A stretch of DNA of 64,000 nucleotides from Acidobacteriaceae bacterium. GTDB taxonomy: Bacteria; Acidobacteriota; Terriglobia; Terriglobales; Acidobacteriaceae. The translations under genes were made by a program, and so were the position numbers. Shown piece by piece: positions 8,618 to 17,300 of this stretch. Positions within the stretch are counted from its first letter, which is position 1. Every line of letters begins with the position of its first letter. The stretch is from positions 11,489 through 75,488 of the forward strand of contig PMWW01000146.1 in the NCBI GenBank assembly GCA_003165795.1, in the 5' to 3' direction. Under the pieces are notes generated by a model. That model saw only the letters and a program-made list of their open reading frames with translations. It made no database searches and was not told where the DNA came from.

Positions 8618-10563
8618 TGCAGTTCGCGCCTCGATTTCATGTCGTACATCTTGCGTTCCTTTTGAGTATTGATGTGGAGTGCATCGCGCTTGCGCTCGAT
8701 GTGGGCTAGCATCTTGTCGGCTGCGACTACCGGATCAGGCTCCCACTCGAAGCGTCCGCCGGTAATGCTTTCCATCTCACTGCACAGCAGGTCGTGGACG
8801 TTCTTGCTGCCCTCGACGTAGAGAGGATGGCCGAGCACGACATACATTCCGCTAGCTACGAAGTAATGGCCGATAGCGACGGCCTTCTCGCTCATCCATT
8901 CCGGCGCGGCGCCGGCCACGGGCAGGTCGGCGATGTCATCGCCCAGACCGCCTTCGGCTACCAGGTTAGTGGCTGCCATCAGGATGCGGCTGTTGTCGAC
9001 GCACGAGCCCATGTGCAAGACGGGAGGAATGCCGACCGCCTCGCAGACTTCGCGCAAGCTGTCGCCGGCCTGGGCCAGCGCGGCTTCCGGTGTCAGCAGC
9101 CCCGCCTTGGCACAGGCGATGGCGGCGCACCCGGTTTGCAGCACCAGCACGTTACGCTTGATCAATTCCTGGGCCAGCCTGACGTGGCCCTGATCGGCCA
9201 CTACCTTGGGATTGCTGCATCCGATGATGCCGGCCACGCCGCGAATGCGGCCATCGATGATGGCATCGTTCAGCGGACGGAAAGTACTGCGGAAGCGGCC
9301 GCCCAGCATGTGAAAGATGGTTTCGTTGGAGAAGCCGGCCACCAGTTCCATTGACTCGTTGGGAATGTGGACGCGTTGCGGATCGCGATTTTCGAAGTTG
9401 TCGATGGCCTTGCGAATCAGCTCGCTGGCTTGCTCGTAACCGGTGTTCGAGTGGAACGTGATCTGCTCGGCTTCGGCGGTGTGGGCGATCTCCGAGGTGC
9501 TGACCAGTTGGGTGTGGAAGCACTTGGAGACTTGCGCCAGCGATGGCATCACGCACTGCACATCGATCACCATGACTTCTACTGCACCGGTAAGAATGGC
9601 CAGCTCCTGTTGCAGGAAGTTGCCCACGATGGGCAGCCCATGGCGCATCAGAACTTCGTTGGCGGTACAGCAGATGCCGGCAACATTGATTCCCTCGGCG
9701 CCCTTGGACTTCGCGTAATCGATCAACTCCTGGTCCCCGGCGGCCACGGCCAGCATCTCTGACAATGTGGGTTCGTGTCCGTGGACGATGATGTTGACTT
9801 TGTTTCCAGCCAGCACGCCCAGGTTCACCCGGCTGCGCACCGGCTTGGGAGTGCCGAAGAGAATGTCTGACACTGTGGTAGCGATGGCCGAGCCTACCCA
9901 GCCGTCAGCCAGGCTGCACTTTAATCCACCCATGATCAGATGGCGATAGTCGTGGTCAACGCCCATGTTGGTGCGATGCATCAGCTCCACCACCGCGGAG
10001 TCGATGCCATTGGGATTGATGTTTAGCTTGTTCCACACCGCCTGGCGTTTTTCCGGGGCCAGCTTCAGGGTGGCGTTGGGCTCTTCCGACCAGGCGAATT
10101 GGGTCAGAAAGAAGTCCGCCAGATCGCTGGCGATGGTCAGGTCGTCTTTGCCTTCGGTAGCAATCTCGAAGAAACGCGCCGCCTCGTGCAAGCGCAGTGG
10201 CTCGACGATTTTGTAGTCGCCGCCTTTGCCCTGCGACACCGCCTTGAGGGTGCGCACCAGCATGCGGCCATGGTCGGAGTGAGCGGCAGTACCGGCGGCA
10301 ATCTCACGCAGCAGGTTGCGCGCAGTAATAGTATCGGCGTCGGCGCCGCAAATGCCGAGGTGGGCTTTGGGGGTGATGCGGCAAGGGCCCATGTGACACA
10401 GCCGGCAGCAAACGCCGTCTGTGCCGAACTTACACTGGGGTTTTTGCAGCTCATAGCGGTCGAAGACCGTACTTATCTCGGCTGCACCCGCAATGCTTAC
10501 CATATCGATTGTTGCTGGGTCCGTCGAAACCGGTAACCCTGCTTTTCGACCGGTGGTCGCCAT
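8614..10563 (-). CDS. acsA: Ni-Fe carbon monoxide dehydrogenase catalytic subunit (CooS/AcsA)
   Basis: The track ORF 8614-10761 carries a 66-aa Arg-rich extension. The likely start is the internal ATG at 10561-10563 (MATTGRKAG...), which overlaps the cooC stop as ATGA. CODH motifs CKFGTDGVCCRLCHMGPCRI, plus IVHGHE and CTANE regions. The stop overlaps the acsB start (8614-8617). Confidence 0.9.
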   Translation of the reverse strand: MATTGRKAGLPVSTDPATIDMVSIAGAAEISTVFDRYELQKPQCKFGTDGVCCRLCHMGPCRITPKAHLGICGADADTITARNLLREIAAGTAAHSDHGRMLVRTLKAVSQGKGGDYKIVEPLRLHEAARFFEIATEGKDDLTIASDLADFFLTQFAWSEEPNATLKLAPEKRQAVWNKLNINPNGIDSAVVELMHRTNMGVDHDYRHLIMGGLKCSLADGWVGSAIATTVSDILFGTPKPVRSRVNLGVLAGNKVNIIVHGHEPTLSEMLAVAAGDQELIDYAKSKGAEGINVAGICCTANEVLMRHGLPIVGNFLQQELAILTGAVEVMVIDVQCVMPSLAQVSKCFHTQLVSTSEIAHTAEAEQITFHSNTGYEQASELIRKAIDNFENRDPQRVHIPNESMELVAGFSNETIFHMLGGRFRSTFRPLNDAIIDGRIRGVAGIIGCSNPKVVADQGHVRLAQELIKRNVLVLQTGCAAIACAKAGLLTPEAALAQAGDSLREVCEAVGIPPVLHMGSCVDNSRILMAATNLVAEGGLGDDIADLPVAGAAPEWMSEKAVAIGHYFVASGMYVVLGHPLYVEGSKNVHDLLCSEMESITGGRFEWEPDPVVAADKMLAHIERKRDALHINTQKERKMYDMKSRRELQ

Positions 10564-11330
10564 CAGTTTTTCTCCTGTTGATTGGTAAATAACTTGGCTA
10601 ATAAATCGTTCATGGCTATGCGCGCCGGGGAGCCCGGCGCAATCGTGGAAACCGGCACGCCGTCGGCATCGAGGGCGGCAACGTCCTGGTCCAGTGGAAT
10701 GCTGGCCAGCAAAGTAAGTCCTGTAGCTTTGACGGCCTCGGCAATAGCCTCGGGCAGGCATCCTCCGGGCACGCGATTGACGATCAGGCCGCGTTGTTTG
10801 GTAGGCAGGGCGACTTCATCGGCCAGCGCCGAGATACGTCCCGCGGTCCTAATTCCCCGCACCGTACAGTCGGAAACAATCAGCAGATAATCTACGGAGA
10901 GCAAGGTGCGGCGGGAGATATGCTCCAAGCCAGCTTCGCTGTCGATGACGATGTTGCGGTAGTTGCTGGCCAGGCGGTCCAGCACCTCACGCAATACATT
11001 ATTGGCAAAGCAGTAACAACCCTGGCCTTCGGGCCGGCCCATCACGATCAGGTCATAGCCCTTCTGTTCTACCAGAGCTTCCTGCACGCGCAGGTCGAGA
11101 AACTCTTGCTTGGAGACGCCTTTCAGCGCGGTTGCTTCCTTGCGGGCGCTTTCGCGAATGCCGCCCACGGTTGCGCAATAGGCAATGCCCATCGCCTCGT
11201 TCAGGTTGGCATTGGAGTCGGCATCGACCGCCAGCACCGGCGACTCGCCGTGCGTCGCCAGCCAGCTCAGGGTGAGAGCCGCCAGCGTTGTCTTCCCTAC
11301 CCCACCTTTTCCTGTCATTGCCAAAATCAT
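10563..11330 (-). CDS. cooC: CooC-type Ni-insertion ATPase (CODH maturation)
   Basis: 255 aa. Deviant Walker A GKGGVGKTT, CxC metal motif GQGCYCF, MinD/ParA fold. Confidence 0.85.
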   Translation of the reverse strand: MILAMTGKGGVGKTTLAALTLSWLATHGESPVLAVDADSNANLNEAMGIAYCATVGGIRESARKEATALKGVSKQEFLDLRVQEALVEQKGYDLIVMGRPEGQGCYCFANNVLREVLDRLASNYRNIVIDSEAGLEHISRRTLLSVDYLLIVSDCTVRGIRTAGRISALADEVALPTKQRGLIVNRVPGGCLPEAIAEAVKATGLTLLASIPLDQDVAALDADGVPVSTIAPGSPARIAMNDLLAKLFTNQQEKN

Positions 11331-11347
11331 GACTACCCATCCTCGGC

Positions 11348-11409
11348 GGTGGGTGGATGATGAAGAGAACCAGGAGCGCGCTCGGCTCCCACTCGGTCAC
11401 CCACCCACC
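11348..11409 (-). promoter_or_regulatory. Intercistronic inverted repeat (GGTGGGTGG ... CCACCCACC) in the 89-nt gap between the MetE-like gene and cooC
   Basis: 9-nt perfect arms at 11348-11356 and 11401-11409. A GAGCGCGCTC palindrome lies between them. This is the only sizeable gap inside the otherwise overlapping operon. Confidence 0.4.
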
Positions 11410-11419
11410 GCAGTTGCTC

Positions 11420-12499
11420 TTAAGCGCCCGTACCGATCAAGGCTGGGGCGCCAATTTCCTGCCGCAGCTTGGTGCTCATTTGGTGCAGCGTTTGGAAAAC
11501 CAATTCAGCGTCGGCGACCGGCAGCGATCCCGTGCCACAAGACGGCGTGATGAACGATTGCCGGCAAATGAGCTGCGTATCCAACCCCGTTATCTTGGCC
11601 AGCTTCTCGATCAGTGCGCAAAACTTGGCGACCAGCGAATCGACCGTCTGGGCATGGATTTTGGCGCTGTTCGTGGGCACGATTCCGACCGCCAGCGCCT
11701 TTCCAGCTTTAAGGTGCGCCTTGAAGTTGTCGGGATAGAGCAGAATGGTTTCGCCATAATCAAAGGCATCAAAGTTAATGATGTCCACACCCGCATCCAT
11801 CAGGATCGGCCACTCGGTATTGCCGCAGCAATGCACTCCCGACAGGGCTCCCTCGGCATGGATCGCCTCAATTACTTCACCCAGTTTGGCCACGGTGTCG
11901 TCGCGGGTCACGCTGACATAAGTGGAGGAGCCGAAGGCGGACAGGATGGGCTCGTCTACAAAGCAAATGACTTTCTCGGCGTAGGGCTGGAACTTGCGAA
12001 TCTGCCAGCGACATTTCATGGTCAATCCCTTGACCACCACGTCGACGAATTCCGGATTGTAGTAAATCGCCCGTTTTTTCTCGTCCACAATGCTGAGGCC
12101 GACGCTGAGCGGGCCCGTGGTCTGTACCTTCACGAAGGGACGCTTGATGCCGGAAGCTTTGAGGGCCGCCTCCATGGCATAAATGCCTTTCGAGAAGTCA
12201 GGGGTGATGCGAAAAGCCTCGAGGTCGTCGGCGCAGAACTTTTCGTAAAACTCCGCCAGGTCCTGGCTGGTGTCGCCGGTGGTGTCGAAGTACATGCGGC
12301 CCTTCACCGGGTCGAGGACCACCCGCGGAATGCCTTCGCTGTACTGGATTTCCATCTGTTCATGAAGCCCGAAGGCCGGCAGCTGCGGCCAGATCGGCGC
12401 GTTGGGGATGTTCTCTAGAACGACTTTGACGGCCTGCTCTGGATCTTTGTGAGGCAAGCTGCCGATTGCGGTAGCGGTACAGCAGGGCTCGAAACTCAT
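11420..12499 (-). CDS. Core-MetE-like (Meth_synt_2, single barrel) Zn-dependent methyltransferase; candidate folate-independent methionine synthase (Mes-like)
   Basis: 359 aa. MetE C-terminal-barrel motifs TAIGSLPHKD, FVDEPIL, GVHCCGN (His-x-Cys) and ITPSCGTG. No N-terminal folate-binding barrel. The start overlaps the stop of the upstream CooC-like gene (12496-12499). Confidence 0.7.
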   Translation of the reverse strand: MSFEPCCTATAIGSLPHKDPEQAVKVVLENIPNAPIWPQLPAFGLHEQMEIQYSEGIPRVVLDPVKGRMYFDTTGDTSQDLAEFYEKFCADDLEAFRITPDFSKGIYAMEAALKASGIKRPFVKVQTTGPLSVGLSIVDEKKRAIYYNPEFVDVVVKGLTMKCRWQIRKFQPYAEKVICFVDEPILSAFGSSTYVSVTRDDTVAKLGEVIEAIHAEGALSGVHCCGNTEWPILMDAGVDIINFDAFDYGETILLYPDNFKAHLKAGKALAVGIVPTNSAKIHAQTVDSLVAKFCALIEKLAKITGLDTQLICRQSFITPSCGTGSLPVADAELVFQTLHQMSTKLRQEIGAPALIGTGA

Positions 12500-13296
12500 A
12501 ACACGCTCTCTTTCTCGGTGCAGTACGACTGCAATGTTTTCTGAAGCGATCGGAATGGATTGAGTAAATCCGGATAGCCCAGGTCGACCAGCGCTACACC
12601 CTGGCGGTCAGCCCGAGCTATGCGTACATCGAGGGGAATGGTGCCGAGCAGGTGCTCGGCCCCGAACTCGGAGGCGATCCAGCGGCTATCTTCTTCCGGA
12701 TCGGCGGTCTTGTTGAGCACCACGCCGAAGCGTCCGATGCCCAGATCGGCGGACATCTGGCGGACCCGCTCGGCGGTCTCCACGCTGCGCTTGCCCGGCT
12801 CGACCACCACCATCATTAAGTCCACACCCATGGCTGTGCCGCGCCCCAGGTGCTCGATGCCGGCTTCCATGTCGAGGATCACGATCTCGCCGTGGCGCAG
12901 TACCAGATGCGAGACCAGGCTTTTCAGCAGCACGCTCTCCGGACAGGCGCAGCCGCCGAGAGCGTGCTCCACCGCGCCCAGCACCAGCAGGTCGACTCCC
13001 TTGTAATGGACGGCGTATTTCTCGGCGATATCGGCAACTTCAGGATTGATCTTGAACATCTGCCCGAACTGCTTGACTTTGGCGCCGGTGCGCTCTTCGA
13101 TCAGCTTGCGTTCGGTGGAAATGGTGTGGACTTGAGAACGGAGTTCGGAAGGTAAGCCGATGGCGGAAGCCAGATTTGCGTCGGGGTCGGCGTCAACTGC
13201 TAATACCCGGTGACCGTCGGCCGCATACAGCCTGGCCAGGGTTCCCGCCACGGTGGACTTTCCGACTCCGCCTTTGCCTGAGATTGCAAGTTTCAT
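12496..13296 (-). CDS. Second CooC/AcsF-type Ni-insertion ATPase
   Basis: 266 aa. GKGGVGKST Walker A, CxC motif LGGCACPES. The start overlaps the GntR stop (13293-13296). Confidence 0.85.
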   Translation of the reverse strand: MKLAISGKGGVGKSTVAGTLARLYAADGHRVLAVDADPDANLASAIGLPSELRSQVHTISTERKLIEERTGAKVKQFGQMFKINPEVADIAEKYAVHYKGVDLLVLGAVEHALGGCACPESVLLKSLVSHLVLRHGEIVILDMEAGIEHLGRGTAMGVDLMMVVVEPGKRSVETAERVRQMSADLGIGRFGVVLNKTADPEEDSRWIASEFGAEHLLGTIPLDVRIARADRQGVALVDLGYPDLLNPFRSLQKTLQSYCTEKESVL

Positions 13297-14129
13297 GGTT
13301 CGAGCCTCGATCGAGCAATGTGTATGCCGTACTGCTTGCGGCGGCGCCGGGACGACACCGAAGTGTTCTTCCGGGCGCTCTCCTGGTCGCGGATGACCTG
13401 TTCAACGGCCAGCATGGCGAAGCCGACGATTTCTTCGGAAGAACGCCGCGCCGCCAGTGGATTGCGCTGTTCGATGGCCTCGGTCAGCTTGCGGTACTCT
13501 TCCAGTTCGAGGGCCACGGATGCCGGCAAGAGCAAGGTGTAGGAAAGAGCCACCCGATAAGGGGCGTGGATGGTGGCATTCAATTGCCGGAACAACGGAT
13601 TGTGCGAGGCGGCAACCACCGCAGTGTGATACTGCAGGTCCGCGTCGATGGCCCCTTCCAGGTCCTGAGCTGCCAGGATCTCCAGCCGCCGCGACAGACA
13701 CTGACGAATGCAGGCAATCTCCTCCTGATCGGCGCGCAGCGCGGCGAATCCGGAAGCAATCGGTTCAATCGCCAAGCGGACTTCGCACAGGTCGCGCAGG
13801 AAGCGCGCATCCGGTTTCAGCTCCGACTGCCAGGCGAGAATGTCGGGATCGAGTTGGTTCCAGTCGGTGCGGGGCCGGGCGCGCGTCCCGGAGCGGGGAC
13901 GCACCTGCACCATGCCCTTGTTTTCTAAAACCTTGACCGCTTCGCGCAGGATGCTGCGGCTTACCCCCACCTGTTTACACAATTCCGCTTCGTTGGGGAA
14001 GGCGATCTGTTGCTCGTTCCGCTCCGCTTGGATGACCTGCAGGGCCAAGGCCCGGGTCACCCGGCTGTGCAGACTTTCGGTGGTGTCGAGCTGCGCGAAT
14101 AATGTAGCGGGTCCCTTCATCTCAGTCAT
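13293..14129 (-). CDS. GntR-family transcriptional regulator with FCD (FadR C-terminal) ligand domain
   Basis: 278 aa. Winged helix-turn-helix ...FPNEAELCKQVGVSRSILREAVKVLENKGMVQVRPRSGT... followed by an all-helical FCD-like domain. First gene of the acs operon. Confidence 0.85.
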   Translation of the reverse strand: MTEMKGPATLFAQLDTTESLHSRVTRALALQVIQAERNEQQIAFPNEAELCKQVGVSRSILREAVKVLENKGMVQVRPRSGTRARPRTDWNQLDPDILAWQSELKPDARFLRDLCEVRLAIEPIASGFAALRADQEEIACIRQCLSRRLEILAAQDLEGAIDADLQYHTAVVAASHNPLFRQLNATIHAPYRVALSYTLLLPASVALELEEYRKLTEAIEQRNPLAARRSSEEIVGFAMLAVEQVIRDQESARKNTSVSSRRRRKQYGIHIARSRLEP

Positions 14130-14171
14130 ATCATATGCTCAGTTTAGAGGTGCACAAGAGAAATCGCGGCG

Positions 14172-14235
14172 CCGACTACAAAAATTTGCCGCCTTTCCCA
14201 AAATGGGAATTAAGCTCTTGACGCCTTGTAGTCGG
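14172..14235 (-). promoter_or_regulatory. Nested inverted repeats upstream of the gntR/acs operon: outer arms CCGACTACAA / TTGTAGTCGG, inner palindrome TTCCCA-AAA-TGGGAA
   Basis: Outer 10-nt arms at 14172-14181 and 14226-14235. Inner 6-3-6 palindrome at 14195-14209, 66-80 nt upstream of the gntR ATG (14129). Confidence 0.5.
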
Positions 14236-14322
14236 GGCTTTGACTTCGCATCCCCCATCCCGACGTATTTCTGGATGGTTGTCAAGTACCAAATCAGGAA
14301 ATCGTCAGAGATGACATTCCGC

Positions 14323-17300
14323 CTAAAACGAGAAGCGCAGCGCCAGCTGTTGCACTCGCGGAGTGGTGAGAGTGGCGCCATAGACGCCGAACGAACCGCT
14401 GGTGGTCAGGTTCTGCAGCGAGTTCAGCGGATTCACGTCAAAGCGCACGGAGTTGGTAACGTTGTAAACATCCCAGGCAAATTGCATTCCCCAGCGTTCG
14501 CTTAGCTTCCAGTTCTTGGCCAGGCGAGCATCGATTCCGAAGTAGCCGTCGCCGCGGAAGTTGTTGCGCTCGCCGGCCTCGCCGGGATAGGGGTTTTGCA
14601 GGCTGGCCAATGCCTCAGCCGGATTGGAGAACACATTGGGAGCGCCGTTGGCGCCAATGTAGGTGCCGGTCTGGATGGCTCCGGTTTCAATCATGTTACT
14701 TTTTTCCAGCCAATTGGTCCCCCACCCCGCTCCGCTGATAACGCTGAACGGCAAACCGCTGGTCCAGCGGCCTACGCCCGACAGTTGCCAGCCGCCGATA
14801 ATTCGGTCCCATCCCGCACTGGAATGGCTGCCCAGCAGTTTGCCTTTGCCGAACGGCAAGTCGACAACCCAGCTGGCGGTAATCAGGTGGCGAATGTCAT
14901 AGTCAGAAGGACCATAGCTCAGCCCGGGATTCCAGGCATTCAGGATTGCGCTAAAACTGCTGCCCACCGTGCTGCCGGTGCTGGACGAGTACACGGTGCG
15001 CTCGTCGTCGGAGCCCATGTCCAACGATTTGGAGTAGGTGTAGCTGAGCTCCATTTGCATTCCGTGGCGCATGGCGTGGCGCAACACCAACTGTCCACCG
15101 TTGTAATTGCTATCGCCGATGGAGGCCCATGTGTACATGCTGGCAAACTGGGTGGGCCAGAAGCGTCCAGTCTGGCCGCCGCATCCGGGATAGCAAAGGA
15201 TATCGAGCGCGTAGAGCGCGCCGGTCTCGTTGCCCAGGTTATATTTCCAAATGCTGTTGTAGATGTTCTGGGTGGCGCTCATGCCGCCGGTCGCCGCGTC
15301 GGGGAACATGTCCTCGAAATAGGGGATGGGCGCGACGGTGGTCTGGCCGGCATAGCCGTCCTTGGAAAGTTGGGTCGCAGCCGAGAAATAATCCTGACCC
15401 GACTTGGGATCGACCAGATCGAGCGGCTGCGCCAGGTCGATCTGCTGCAGCTGATGACGGCCGAATCGCCCCAGATAAGCCGCCTCCAGAACGAATCCAT
15501 CCGGCAGTTGGCGCTGCCACGAAACATTCACCACGTGCGAATAAGGAGTTTGCATCTGGCTATCGATTCCGTGGGTGATGGCGAATCCGGTAGTCAGCGG
15601 GTCGGTGGGCGACAGCGCCGGATAGCTGACGACCTGTTCCGGAGTGCCAGTCAAGTCAGGAATATTGTGCGCGCCGGTGTAGCGGGGCGAGGTATCGGGC
15701 GTCAGCACATTGGTTGGATTGGTAATGCTGTCGCTCAGACCGTAGGAGCCGTACTGATCGAAGAGATTGACGATGCTTTCGCCGAAGTGGTCGTAATACT
15801 TGCCATAACCGGCGCGCAGCACGCTGTCGCCGGGATTGCCGAAAAGTTTGTGCCAGAACCCCTGTCCCACATTGGGGGAGTAGGCAAATGACAAGTGCGG
15901 GGCCAGATTGGCCTTCTGCATGGGCCAATACGGCTGCAGTCCGCGGGCCTGGCCGGACGGCGCGAAAGAAATGTAGGGCTGCACACTGTTGCCTAGCGCG
16001 GCTTGCGCCCCGCGGGTTTCAAACCACTGGTAGAGATCGGTGGTGGGTTGCACCTGCTGGCCATTGACTTCGTAGGGAGTCTGCAACAGGGTGTGCCGCA
16101 GTCCGTAGTTGACGGTCAGGTTGGGCGAGATGCGCCAGGAGTCCTGCGCATAGTACTCGAATTCGTTGTTCTTGAAATCGCGATCGATCATCGCGCCCGG
16201 TGGCAACAGGGTTCCCGTCTTCCCGTTGGCCGATACCTGATAGTTCGATTGCGAGGTCACATAGTCCAGCAGGCCGGCCAGGTTGGTCATCGAGAAGTTA
16301 TAGGAGCCGGCAAAACTGTTATCGACCGAGGGAAATCCAAACACGGTGGGATCGAAGCTTCCGCCCACGCCGACGATGCCGGCATCGACCAGCGCGTAGG
16401 AATTGGTGACCGCGGAATTGTAGGACAGCGCGTTGCTCTGGTTCTGATTGTGGATGAGGCGATAGTTAGCGCCGAACTGAATGGTGTGACGGGAATGCGT
16501 CCAAGTCAGGTCATCGACCAGATTTTGCACCGGCACATCGACGATGGTGGTCCGAGTCTGGGCATCAATGGTGCTCATGCCGTAGAAATTGGCGTACGAG
16601 CCTTGCCCGATGCCGTAGCTGGAATAGCCTTGGCGGATATAGCTGTAACGCAGGCTGTTCATCAGGGTGGGAGAGATCGCAGAGTTAAGCCCCACGGCCA
16701 GTCCCTTGCTGTCGCTCGAGTTGTTGGAGCTGGCCGGCTGCCCGGGAAACTGTGGTACTCCCAAGGAGCTGTCTCTTTGCAGATTGCCGCGGATGAACAA
16801 CCAGTTCCGGTTGGACAGCGCGTAGTCAACCCGGGTGATGTACGTATTCAGCGAGGCGGGGTCCGGTGCCGACCAGGTGTAGGAAGCGGTATTCAGACCA
16901 TCGCCGGCAGAATAGCCGTTAGGCAGCGGATATTGCTTAAAGGCCGCCAGCGAATAAGGGTCGGCTCCTGGTCCCCAAGGGCAAGTGCCAGTCCCAGTGC
17001 AGTTCGGGTCCATCGAGGCAATTTGCGCGGCGTTTAAGGTGACGATCTGAGTGGCCTCATTGCTGGTGCTGGGATATTTGATTTCCCCGGCGCGTAGTGA
17101 CGCGGTAGGCACAATCATCGTCATCTGCTGGTTTTCGTCGATCTTCTCGCCCTCGTAGGTGGTAAAGAAGAACAGCTTGTTTTTCTTGATGGGACCGCCG
17201 AGCGATGCGCCGTAGGCGTTGCGATCCAGCGTGCCGGGAACGTTGGGCAAGCCTTGCGCCAGCTCCGCCTGCTTGTTGAACCAATCGTTGGCGGGAGTGA

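Noticed and set aside
10564-10761. N-terminal extensions in the ORF track. Examples: CooS to 10761, CobC to 21127, nitrilase from 31242, PanE-like to 39542, TolC-like from 39643, CzcA from 42324 and the small repeat protein from 45777.
   Set aside because: The extensions are Arg-rich or overlap the upstream gene. Internal ATGs give canonical family N-termini and often ATGA coupling with the upstream stop.
14130-14170. Possible TTGTGC-16-TATGAT promoter abutting the gntR ATG, which would imply a leaderless mRNA starting at the second Met codon.
   Set aside because: The -35 matches only 3 of 6 positions and the geometry would place the transcription start inside the annotated start codon. This is too speculative without transcription start data.
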